Shown here piece by piece: positions 6,143 through 15,600 of a DNA stretch of 32,000 nucleotides (position 1 is the stretch's first letter; every line of letters begins with the position of its first letter). The stretch comes from Vibrio cholerae ATCC 14035 (lineage in GTDB: Bacteria; Pseudomonadota; Gammaproteobacteria; Enterobacterales; Vibrionaceae). Under the pieces are notes generated by a model, which worked only from the letters and a program-made list of their open reading frames with translations, was not told the DNA's origin and made no database searches. The stretch covers positions 1 through 32,000 of the forward strand of contig NZ_JHXR01000015.1 of the NCBI RefSeq assembly GCF_000621645.1. The letters are read 5' to 3'. The position numbers and the translations under genes were made by a program.

Positions 6143-8062
6143 CTATTCACTTTCCTGTTGCATCGCTTCAAGCTCTTCCCAACGCTCAAAAGCAATTTCG
6201 AGTTCCTGCTCTGTTGCAGTTAACTTGTCTAAAATGGGTTGCGTTTTATCGACAGGCTGACTGAAAAAGTCTGGACTATTGACGATGTCTTGTAACGCTG
6301 CGATCTCAACTTCCAGCTCTTCTAATCTTTGCGGAAGAGCTTCAAGTTCGCGTTGCAGTTTATAAGATAACTTCTTCTGCTTAGTTTTCGATGGTGCGGA
6401 TTTGGGAGACTCCTCAACCACTTTTTCTTTTTTGACGATATTTTCAGCAGCTCTGCTTTGTAAAACTTGGGCACGCTGTTGCTGAGCGTCATGGTAGCCA
6501 CCGACAAATTCTTCAATCTTGCCGTCGCCTTCAAAAATCCAACTTGAGGTGACGGTGTTATCGACAAATTCACGATCGTGGCTGACCAGCAATAAAGTGC
6601 CTTGGTAATTGGCAAGCAATTCTTCCAAAAGTTCCAAAGTTTCGATATCTAAATCGTTGGTTGGTTCATCAAGCACTAATAGGTTGTTGGCTTTAAGCAA
6701 AATGCGCGCAAGCAGCAAACGGTTTTTTTCTCCACCAGATAACGCTTTTACTGGGGTTCTTGCCCGCTTGGGTGAGAACAAAAAGTCCTGTAGATAGCTT
6801 AACGCGTGGCGAAGACGCCCGCCTACCATCACTTCTTGTTTACCATCCGCTAAGTTATCGATAACGGTTTTTTCTGGATCGAGTAACTCCCGGTATTGAT
6901 CAAAGTAGGCGACCTCAAGCTTAGTACCACAGTGTACTTTGCCGCTATCGGGCTGTAAGTCACCCAGCAAAATTTTGAGTAAGGTACTTTTGCCACAACC
7001 ATTAGGACCAATTAACGCAATTCGGTCACCGCGCATGATGTTGAAGCTGAAACCATCAACAATGGTTTTGCCACCGATCGAGTAATGAAGATTTTCGGCT
7101 TCAAAAACGATTTTCCCTGAGCGATTGGAATCATCGATTTGCAGGTTAACTTTACCCTGCACTTCACGACGCTCACTACGTTCTTGACGAAGACGTTTCA
7201 GTGCCCGAACTCGTCCTTCATTACGAGTTCTTCGTGCTTTAATACCTTGACGGATCCAAACCTCTTCTTGAGCGAGCTTTTTATCAAACTCGGCATTTTG
7301 CAGCTCTTCAACCCGCAGCATCTCTTCTTTTTCAGTAAGATAATTTTCATAATCTCCTGGGAAAGAGCTGAGTTGACCGCGATCGAGATCCACAATGCGG
7401 GTTGCCATAGACTTAATAAAAGCACGGTCATGGGAAATGAAAATGATAGAACCTCGGAAATCTTTCAGAAAACCTTCTAACCATTCAATCGTTGTTACAT
7501 CGAGGTGGTTGGTTGGTTCATCAAGAAGCAGGACATCGGGATCACACGCCAGCGCTCGCGCTAATGCAGCTTTACGCTGCCAACCACCAGACAGGTCGGT
7601 TAATTTGGTGTGGCCATCTAGTTTTAAGGAACCCAGCACATTTTTGATTCGATCTTCAAAGCGCCAAGCACCAGAAACTTCAAGCTGCTCTTGGATATGT
7701 GCAAGCTTATTAATGTTGGATTCGCTTGGATCTGTTGCTACGAGATCTAATTGATCTTGATAGATCTTGAGTTGTTCGCCAATGCCTTGCAGACCACCTG
7801 AAACATAATCAAATACAGTACCCGCTTGATTGCGAGGCGGATCTTGCTCTAAACGGGATACGACGACATCTTGCATGACTTGCATCTTGCCATCATCCAG
7901 CAGAATCTCGCCTGCGAGTACTTTCATCAGCGTGGATTTTCCGGCGCCATTACGCCCAACCAGACACACTCTTTCATTTTCTTGTAAGGCGAAATCAGCG
8001 TGATCCAGTAATGGGTGATCGCCAAAGGCCAGCAAACCGTTATGGATGGTAATTAATGCCAT
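6143..8062 (-). CDS. uup: ABC-F family ATPase Uup
   Basis: Two ABC cassettes (GRNGAGKST and GPNGCGKST; LSGGWQRK and LSGGEKNR) plus a C-terminal coiled coil. The N-terminus is collinear with E. coli Uup. Confidence 0.93.
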   Translation of the reverse strand: MALITIHNGLLAFGDHPLLDHADFALQENERVCLVGRNGAGKSTLMKVLAGEILLDDGKMQVMQDVVVSRLEQDPPRNQAGTVFDYVSGGLQGIGEQLKIYQDQLDLVATDPSESNINKLAHIQEQLEVSGAWRFEDRIKNVLGSLKLDGHTKLTDLSGGWQRKAALARALACDPDVLLLDEPTNHLDVTTIEWLEGFLKDFRGSIIFISHDRAFIKSMATRIVDLDRGQLSSFPGDYENYLTEKEEMLRVEELQNAEFDKKLAQEEVWIRQGIKARRTRNEGRVRALKRLRQERSERREVQGKVNLQIDDSNRSGKIVFEAENLHYSIGGKTIVDGFSFNIMRGDRIALIGPNGCGKSTLLKILLGDLQPDSGKVHCGTKLEVAYFDQYRELLDPEKTVIDNLADGKQEVMVGGRLRHALSYLQDFLFSPKRARTPVKALSGGEKNRLLLARILLKANNLLVLDEPTNDLDIETLELLEELLANYQGTLLLVSHDREFVDNTVTSSWIFEGDGKIEEFVGGYHDAQQQRAQVLQSRAAENIVKKEKVVEESPKSAPSKTKQKKLSYKLQRELEALPQRLEELEVEIAALQDIVNSPDFFSQPVDKTQPILDKLTATEQELEIAFERWEELEAMQQESE

Positions 8063-8282
8063 TATGTTTTAACCACTCTCTTAATTCTTGTATGTCAAAA
8101 GGCCAATTCAGTTCATTACCTTGGTAAGCGACAACCGGTATAGTGACCGCGTAACGAGAAAATAGCTCGTCATTAAAGGCAATCTCTACCACGTCAACTT
8201 GTTTGGTGAGCCCTACTTCATTGAGTAACGCATAGGCCATCTCACAGAGATGGCATCCTTCAGTGCTGTACAAGGTTATCAT
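8040..8282 (-). CDS. Glutaredoxin-like thioredoxin-fold protein (DUF836 type)
   Basis: 80 aa with a CHLC redox motif near the N-terminus. It overlaps the uup start by 23 nt and lies 8 nt downstream of rlmL. Confidence 0.7.
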   Translation of the reverse strand: MITLYSTEGCHLCEMAYALLNEVGLTKQVDVVEIAFNDELFSRYAVTIPVVAYQGNELNWPFDIQELREWLKHNGINYHP

Positions 8283-8290
8283 TGAATTTC

Positions 8291-10417
8291 CTAACTCTGA
8301 TGGGTGATCAGCCAGCAGTTATGAATTTGTTTATTTCGCTCAAAATCCAGCGGTAAGGTTTGATGCGAGATATTTTGAGCGTTGAGGCCCAAAGCGTGTA
8401 GCGCTTCCATATCCATCTTGAAATGGCGCTTGTTATTAGAGAAAACAATCGTCCCTTCTGGGCGCAGCAACCGTTTAAGATTGGTCATAAGCGTGACGTG
8501 GTCACGTTGCACATCAAAAGTCTGCTCCATACGTTTAGAGTTAGAAAACGTTGGCGGATCAATAAAGATAAGATCGTACTGGCTTTGGGCATTCGCGAGC
8601 CACTGTAGACAGTCGGCCTGAACGTACTGGTGCTGACGCCCAACCTGCCCGTTTAACTGCATGTTCTCTTTGGCCCATTCAAGATAAGTTTTCGACATAT
8701 CGACGGTCGTCGTCGATTTTGCACCGCCACAAGCAGCATGTACTGTCGCAGAGCCGGTATAGGCAAATAAATTGAGAAAATCTTTGCCTTGTGCCATTTG
8801 CCCTAAACGACGACGAGTAATTTTGTGGTCAAGGAATAAGCCAGTATCGAGATAATCGTATAGGTTGACGATCAACTTCACGCCATACTCGGTAATTTGC
8901 ATGGTCTGTGCTTGCTGGCCGAGTTTCTCGTATTGCGACGTGCCTTTTTGTCTTTCACGAACTTTGAGCACGACGTTGTTCGCATCGACATCCAACACTT
9001 GAATGGCTGCGCGAATAATATCGGTCAAACGACGCTTCGCTTTCTCTTCAGGAATATCCTTTGGCGCTGCATATTCTTGGATCATGAGATGATCTTGGTA
9101 GACATCAATAGCCACATTGTATTCGGGAAGATCCGCATCATAGAGGCGGAAGCAATCGAGCCCCTCACGCTTAGCCCATTTGCCAATCTTGTTGAAGTTT
9201 TTCTTCAAACGGTTGGCAAAATCGGGGGCAATGAGGATTTCTTGAGTACCTTCATTGCTGACGCTGTTTTGCTCTCGCATGGCTATGGTGTAATTTTTTT
9301 GGTGACATGGTAACGCACCATTATTCAGCTTGAACTGTTTGTCCGCACGCATGCGCAAACAACTGAGTAATTCGTCAGAACTCGAGAAAATAGAAGCGTG
9401 GCAACCACCAAACTCAGCTTTAAGCTGTGCACCAAATGCAGTGTAAAGAGCGATCAAACCGGGATGAGTGCCTAAACGCTCACCGTACGGTGGGTTACAA
9501 ATCACAATACCTTCAGCGAAGTTTTCTGGGCGTTTTACTTTTGCCGCATCACCCAAGGTAAAGCTGATTAGCTCTTCTACACCGGCACGGCGGGCGTTAT
9601 CTTTAGCCGTCTGCAATACGCGGTTATCGTTATCTACGCCGTAGAAATGAGTTTCTACCTTTTTGACTCCACGTTTACCTTGCACGCTGGCTTCTGATTT
9701 CACACTTGCCCAGAGTTCTGGTTCGAAATCTTCTAATGCTTCGAAGCCCCACTTTTTACGTTGTAAGCCTGGAGCAATATTGGCAGCCATCATCGCCGCT
9801 TCAATCAGTAAGGTACCGGAGCCACACATAGGATCGAGAAGCGGTTTACTGGCATCCCAACCACTGCGCAGAATGATTGCGGCGGCTAATGTTTCACGTA
9901 ATGGCGCTTTACCTGCTTCAGTTCGGTAGCCCCGAGCATGCAAGCCTGAACCCACCATATCGATACCAAGCAGAGCATTCTCTTTGTGTAAGCGGACATG
10001 GATATGAAGATCCGCAAGATCTTTGCTGATCGACGGACGCGGAAGATTTTTCTTAGTGAAGCAATCTACGATGGCGTCTTTGACTTTCATCGCGCCGTAT
10101 TGGCTATTACGAATTTCTCGGTTCGTGCCATTGAAATCAACAACGAGCTTTTTAGAACTGTGGAAATAGTTGACCCAGTTGACTGAAGTTGTTGAAAGAT
10201 AGAGATCTAAGTCATTCTGACACTTAAATTCAGCCACAATACGAACAAATCTTGATGCGAGACGACTCCATAGACAGCAGCGATAGATCTGTTCATTGGT
10301 TGCTTTAAATTTAACCCCGGCCTGAACGGGTTTGGCATCGTTAATACCCAGTTGGGTTAATTCTTCAACTAATAGATTCTCAAGGCCGTTAGACGTCACC
10401 GCTAGATACTGATTCAT
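8291..10417 (-). CDS. rlmL: Bifunctional 23S rRNA methyltransferase RlmKL (m2G2445 / m7G2069)
   Basis: 708 aa. It has THUMP and methyltransferase motifs ([21 protein letters not shown]) and sits upstream of uup as in E. coli. Confidence 0.92.
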   Translation of the reverse strand: MNQYLAVTSNGLENLLVEELTQLGINDAKPVQAGVKFKATNEQIYRCCLWSRLASRFVRIVAEFKCQNDLDLYLSTTSVNWVNYFHSSKKLVVDFNGTNREIRNSQYGAMKVKDAIVDCFTKKNLPRPSISKDLADLHIHVRLHKENALLGIDMVGSGLHARGYRTEAGKAPLRETLAAAIILRSGWDASKPLLDPMCGSGTLLIEAAMMAANIAPGLQRKKWGFEALEDFEPELWASVKSEASVQGKRGVKKVETHFYGVDNDNRVLQTAKDNARRAGVEELISFTLGDAAKVKRPENFAEGIVICNPPYGERLGTHPGLIALYTAFGAQLKAEFGGCHASIFSSSDELLSCLRMRADKQFKLNNGALPCHQKNYTIAMREQNSVSNEGTQEILIAPDFANRLKKNFNKIGKWAKREGLDCFRLYDADLPEYNVAIDVYQDHLMIQEYAAPKDIPEEKAKRRLTDIIRAAIQVLDVDANNVVLKVRERQKGTSQYEKLGQQAQTMQITEYGVKLIVNLYDYLDTGLFLDHKITRRRLGQMAQGKDFLNLFAYTGSATVHAACGGAKSTTTVDMSKTYLEWAKENMQLNGQVGRQHQYVQADCLQWLANAQSQYDLIFIDPPTFSNSKRMEQTFDVQRDHVTLMTNLKRLLRPEGTIVFSNNKRHFKMDMEALHALGLNAQNISHQTLPLDFERNKQIHNCWLITHQS
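8493..8505. other. Candidate matS site (MatP binding)
   Basis: GTGACGTGGTCAC has both half-sites of the recalled matS consensus GTGACRNYGTCAC intact, with one deviation in the central triplet. It lies inside rlmL. Confidence 0.45.
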
Positions 10418-10448
10418 AGTGTTCTTTTGCTGATAAAAATGGTCTCAG

Positions 10449-10478
10449 ATTATAACTGACAATGTGAACCATACCTAA
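10449..10478 (-). promoter_or_regulatory. Putative rlmL promoter
   Basis: A perfect TATAAT on the minus strand (10449-10454) lies about 30 nt upstream of the rlmL ATG. The -35 is weak (TTAGGT/TAGGTA). Confidence 0.4.
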
Positions 10479-10801
10479 AGCTAACTCATCACCAAGCCAA
10501 AAAATCTCTCTTTTATCCATTCGATCCTCTCTATGCCGATCATATCGGTCAGTGTGTACACACTCCTGTTCCAACGCTTGCTAACTAAGCATTTATTCTC
10601 GTTGGTGACTACTTATTCATGCTTATTTTGGACTATACCAGATGCATTTTTACACTGTAAATAAGTTACAAAAGGTCATAAAACGGGAATTTCCGACTTA
10701 AAAATACAAAGTGAATGCCCTGTTTCACTGTGTTTAAGTAAAAAATAGATGTCTAAATTTTGTACCGAGCTCACATTGCCTAACGAATTAGCTCGATTTA
10801 A

Positions 10802-10830
10802 AGGCAAAAAAAATCGGCTTACGCCGATAA
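10802..10830 (-). terminator. Rho-independent terminator of zapC
   Basis: On the minus strand, ATCGGC-GTAA-GCCGAT is followed by T8. Confidence 0.8.
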
Positions 10831-10876
10831 GAAATGAAGGAACGAAATAGGAAAGGAACGAATGTTGAATAAAAAA

Positions 10877-11419
10877 TTAACTGACCATGGCCATTTGGGG
10901 TGTATACAAAAGTGTATTCACATCCGACATTCTGTCGTGCATCACTTTAATCACTTGACCAAATTCCAGTGTTTTGCTGCCGTTTAAAGCAAAAGAAACC
11001 AAATCACTGTACGCGCAAAGAGTGGCGTTCTCCCCCACTTCTAACGCAATAAAAATACCGCTGTTAAGGGAGTTTCGTAGAGATATCAGCTGACCTTGTT
11101 GTGGGGTATAACCGGTTCCCTGTACATCAAAAAACCAGCTTTTAGGCTGTACGGGTTTGTGGAAGCGTTTTGCGGCCACACAGTACAGCGCCAACTCCGC
11201 TTTACGAGGCTCACTCAGAGGTAGACAGGCAATGTGTTCTTTGTACAACTGAAAATCAGAAGCGTCATCTACGGTGAAGGGGTTCTCGATGAATGCACAA
11301 TCCACCAAAAGATTGCGACTGAGATTGGTACGAAACAGCATATCATCACCAAGGTTGAGCATCAGATAACCTTCGCTATCTGAGAAGTACCAACTCCATT
11401 TGTCACTTGGTTTAAGCAT
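10877..11419 (-). CDS. zapC: Cell division protein ZapC
   Basis: 180 aa, collinear with E. coli ZapC (W.WY...MLFR..., PKSWFF), and adjacent to pyrD as in E. coli. Confidence 0.88.
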   Translation of the reverse strand: MLKPSDKWSWYFSDSEGYLMLNLGDDMLFRTNLSRNLLVDCAFIENPFTVDDASDFQLYKEHIACLPLSEPRKAELALYCVAAKRFHKPVQPKSWFFDVQGTGYTPQQGQLISLRNSLNSGIFIALEVGENATLCAYSDLVSFALNGSKTLEFGQVIKVMHDRMSDVNTLLYTPQMAMVS

Positions 11420-11510
11420 TGTTCCACTCTCAACGATACATTTGGGAGGATGAGGTAAGCTATGTGACCTACCCTTGCCTATGAATATCAGTAATTCTAT
11501 GAAGGTGCAG

Positions 11511-11546
11511 AGAAAAAAAAAGAGGAAATGCGTTAGACATTTCCTC
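11511..11546 (-). terminator. Rho-independent terminator of pyrD
   Basis: On the minus strand, GAGGAAATG-7 nt-CATTTCCTC is followed by T9. Confidence 0.8.
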
Positions 11547-11573
11547 AGTAATTCCGCTGATAAATCGGGGAAC

Positions 11574-12584
11574 TTACAGGTTCTTGACGATATCGGCGAC
11601 CAGCCCTGGTCCTTGATAAATAAAGCCGCTATAGACCTGAACTAATTTTGCTCCTGCTAAGAGCTTTTCTTTGGCGGAGATGTAGGAATCGATACCACCG
11701 ACCCCGATGATCGGAATTTCTTCACCGAGTTCTTTATACAGACACTTAATAACTTCTGTACTGCGGTTTTGCAAAGGTCGTCCACTGAGGCCGCCAGCTT
11801 CGTTGGCAAACTTCATCCCTTCAACCAATGAACGATCTAAGGTGGTGTTTGTCGCGATGACACTATCGATTTTGTTTTTCAAAAGTGATTGGCAGATTTG
11901 CTGAATTTCATCGTCACTTAAATCTGGTGCAATCTTAAGTGCAAGCGGGACATATTTATCATGTTTCGCTGCTAATTCAGCTTGGCGAGTTTTCAATGCA
12001 GCAAGCAGTTCATCCAGCGCTTCACCGTATTGTAGAGAACGAAGTCCTGGTGTGTTCGGAGAAGAGATATTTACGGCGATGTAACCTGCGTAAGGATAAA
12101 CTTTATCCATACAGATCAAATAGTCCTCTGCCCCTTTCTCAATCGGAGTATCTTTGTTTTTACCGATGTTGATCCCGATGATCCCATCGTATTTGGCTCG
12201 CTTAACATTCTCAACCAAGTGATCAACACCCAGATTGTTAAAGCCCATTCGATTGATGATGCCTTCAGCATGCACTAAACGAAACAGGCGTGGTTTGTCG
12301 TTACCTGCTTGTGGTCTTGGTGTGACCGTGCCTACTTCAACAAATCCGAAGCCCATCGCGCCAAACGCTTCGATGCACTCGCCGTTTTTGTCGAGCCCTG
12401 CTGCTAAACCGACTGGATTTTTAAAGGTTAAGCCCATGCATTGAACTGGACGATGAGGAAGTTGTTGACGATAGAAGAGATCGAAAGGAGTGCCAGTGAA
12501 ACGTTTGAAATTAGAGATGGCCAGATCGTGTGCCTTTTCGGCATCCAATTGGAAAAAGCCAGCTCTGGCTAAGCGGTAAAGCAT
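11574..12584 (-). CDS. pyrD: Dihydroorotate dehydrogenase (quinone), class 2
   Basis: 336 aa with a typical N-terminus ([10 protein letters not shown]) and FMN/orotate motifs. GGAGG lies upstream of the ATG. Confidence 0.95.
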
Positions 12585-12594
12585 AATGCCTCCG

Positions 12595-12622
12595 AAAGAA
12601 AAAAGCCCCGAATAAACGGGGC
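12595..12622 (-). terminator. Hairpin plus U-run: terminator of the NAD-GDH gene and also the first element of the predicted pyrD leader
   Basis: On the minus strand, GCCCCG-TTTATT-CGGGGC is followed by TTTTTTCTTT, then CGGAGGCATT and the ATG of pyrD. Confidence 0.7.
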
Positions 12623-12625
12623 GTT

Positions 12626-12654
12626 ATTATTGACTCATTCGTCAGGCAATTCAA
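12626..12654 (-). promoter_or_regulatory. Putative sigma70 promoter of pyrD
   Basis: The minus strand has TTGAAT (12654-12649), a 17-nt spacer and AATAAT (12631-12626). The predicted start falls in the C-run of the 5' arm of the hairpin. Confidence 0.45.
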
Positions 12655-12657
12655 TGC

Positions 12658-15600
12658 TTATTCTACAGTGAGACAATTTAAGTTGAGCAAGGTCAACTCT
12701 CGCAATGCCACTGAGAATTTGGCAAATTCATGAACGGTACCGACTTTAAACTCGCTGAGGATGTTCTCCCAACGGCTTATTGAGACTTGGTTACGCTCTA
12801 GCCATTTATCAAGTGCCAGTTCAATTTCCTGTTGAGCATCACTCAAATTGCTACTGAGCACTTGAGCAGTTAACTGGCGTTGCTGCCAATCGAGATCCTC
12901 ACGGAAAGAGGCTCTTGCTAATGCTTGCCAATGGTTATCAACGGCTTGGTGGTTGATTTGCTTCAAGAACCAGTGCAGAGATAAACGATCGCCGAGATGG
13001 AAATAAAGCTTCGCTGTTTGAGTGACTGCGATGCCTTTCTCTTTCGCCACGGCCGAGATATCCAGTACAGAGTAAAGGCTAGAAAGACGCGCCACATAAT
13101 GCGCAAGTTCTTTCTCGATGCCCTTCTCTATCCAGTTTTCAGCCATGGAATTATGCTCAACAATCTCCTCTTTCACCAAAACTTTATCCAATTGTTCGGT
13201 GATAGCTTTGACATCCTCTTGATAGCGTTCGACCATTGCTATCACGGATGGCTTACCTGTACGGTTGCGCAGTAACCAGCGAGTCAGGCGACGCAAAGTG
13301 CGACGCACGAGGAACATGACATCATATTGGGCGCTACTTTGCGCTATGTTGTCCAGTTTGCGTACTTTTTCGAGCACGGAACCTAAACCGTAAATCTCAC
13401 GCGCGGCCGCATACGCATTCGCAATATCGACCACGCTAGAGCCGGTCTCTTCTTGTAAACGCGTAACGAAGTTGCACCCCATTTCGTTAACCATTTGGTT
13501 TGCTAAGGCTGTCGCGATGATTTCTACTCGTAGCGGATGGTTCACCATCTGCTGCGCATAGTGACCGCGTAACTCAGTTGGGAAGTAATTAACCAATTGT
13601 TTGGCATGGAATTCATCTTGCGCAATCTCTTCACTGGCCAGTTCTTCTTTCAACGCCATTTTGCCGTAGGCCATCAGCACCGAAAGTTCAGGACGTGTTA
13701 ATCCCATGCCCTGTCTTTCACGCTCAAGTAGAGTTTCATCATCCGGAATGTGCTCTAAAGCACGATCCAAATACCCCGCTTTTTCCATGTGATGGATAAA
13801 ACGGATCTGTTCTTTCATGAGTGATACGCCCTGCGCTTCGGTCACGGAAATCGATTCAGATTGTCCATAAGCATCTTCAATCACGATGCTTCCTACTTCA
13901 TCTTTCATCGACTCAAGGATCTGGTTGCGCTGTTTGAGTGTTAAATCACCATTAGCCACCAAGCCATTGAGGAAGATCTTGATGTTAACTTCGTTATCGG
14001 AACAGTCTACGCCACCGACGTTATCCACGAAGTCCGTGTTAACGCGTCCACCTTTGAGTGCAAACTCGATACGACCGCGCTGAGTCATACCAAGGTTACC
14101 GCCTTCGCCGATGATTTTAGCGTTTACTTCACGTCCATCGACACGTAATCCGTCATTGGCTCGGTCACCGACATCGGTATGTGTTTCAATGGATGATTTC
14201 ACATAGGTACCAATGCCACCATTCCAGAGGAGATCGACTTCCATTTTTAGGATCATTTTGATCAACTCATTGGGTGCCAACGTGGTTTTTTTAGTGTTGA
14301 GCATCTTCTGCATTTCAGGCGTCAGCGTAATCGCTTTTGCTTTACGCGAGAAGACACCACCACCTTTAGAAATCAGCTTCGGATTGTAATCTTCCCAACT
14401 TGAACGAGGCAGATTAAACAAGCGGTTACGCTCTTCCCAACTGCTCGCAGAATCCGGGGTTGGATCAATGAAGATATGAATATGGTTAAAGGCCGCCAGT
14501 AGGCGAATATGTTTTGATAACAACATACCGTTACCAAACACGTCGCCGGCCATGTCACCGATGCCAATCGCGGTAAAATCGGTGGTTTGACAATCAATGC
14601 CCATTTCACGGAAATGGCGTTTTACCGATTCCCAACCCCCTTTGGCGGTAATGCCCATCGCTTTGTGGTCATAACCATTTGCCCCCCCTGAAGCAAAAGC
14701 ATCACCGAGCCAGAATTGGTATTCCGCTGACACTGAGTTTGCTAAATCAGAGAAGGTTGCGGTGCCTTTATCCGCAGCCACCACCAAATAAGGGTCATCT
14801 TCATCATGACGAACCACGTTCTTCGGCGGAACCACTTGCCCTTCAATAATGTTATCCGTTACGTCGAGTAAAGCGCGAATAAAGCGTTTGTAGCAGCGTT
14901 GGCCCTCTGCAAAAATCTCATCGCGTGTGGTGTAGAGATACTGTTTCTTACAAACAAAGCCACCTTTCGCACCAACAGGCACGATGACCGTATTTTTCAC
15001 TTGTTGTGCTTTGACCAAGCCTAAAATTTCAGTACGGAAATCTTCTTGGCGATCAGACCAACGCAGCCCACCACGAGCGACTTTACCACCGCGCAAATGC
15101 ACCCCTTCAATGTCTGGGGCATAGACGAAGATTTCGAACGCAGGCACTGGTGCAGGAATTTCAGGGATCTCACTTGGCTTCATTTTGAGAGATAGCCAAG
15201 GTTTGTTCTGCTTGTGCTCATCCAACTGATAGTAGTTGGTGCGCAGCGTCGCGTTGATCATCTCCATATAGCGACGGATAATTCGATCATCGTCGAGACT
15301 CTGTACTTGATCTAATTGCTCTGTCAGAGATTTGATGATTTCAGCTTGGCCCTTTTCTCCGCCTTTGTATTTCGGATCGAAACGACGCACGAAAAGATCC
15401 ACCAATCCTTGTGCAAGATCGGGATGGTGGCTGAGTGTATCTTCAATATAGTGCTGGCTAAATGGGAAGCCGACTTGACGCATATAACGCGCATAAGCAC
15501 GCAGGATCGAAACTTCACGACCTGACAGTGATGCACCTAAAATCAAACGGTTAAAGCCATCACTCTCCAGCTCTCCTGCCCAGATAGCGGCAAACGCTTG

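Noticed and set aside
7139-7754. Antisense and alternative-frame ORFs inside uup. Similar ones occur inside gdh, pepN, prc, letB, rlmL and rsmF (for example 8897-9313, 21715-22062, 28575-28958 and 31076-31438).
   Set aside because: All are nested in long genes with strong homology on the other strand or frame. They lack start-site signals and have biased, non-protein-like composition.
8140-8155. The 16-mer ATAGTGACCGCGTAAC is repeated exactly at 13558-13573 and resembles a degenerate matS
   Set aside because: The two copies are read in different codon phases (RYAVTI versus ELRGHY) inside unrelated genes. One shared 16-mer in 32 kb has roughly a 0.2 chance expectation. Each has two mismatches to matS.
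10551-10564. Perfect 14-bp palindrome AGTGTGTACACACT considered as a specific operator (NrdR-, FabR- or LexA-like)
   Set aside because: About two perfect 14-bp palindromes are expected by chance in 32 kb, and it does not fit any operator consensus I can recall. It is kept only as part of the long-spacer observation.
10389-10574. 61-aa minus-strand ORF overlapping the rlmL start
   Set aside because: It has no ribosome-binding site, overlaps the well-supported rlmL N-terminus out of frame, and the predicted rlmL promoter lies inside it.
10710-10729. Hairpin AGTGAA-8 nt-TTCACT with T-rich flanks, considered as an sRNA terminator or attenuator
   Set aside because: It has only a 6-bp AT-rich stem, so predicted stability is too low for a confident intrinsic terminator.
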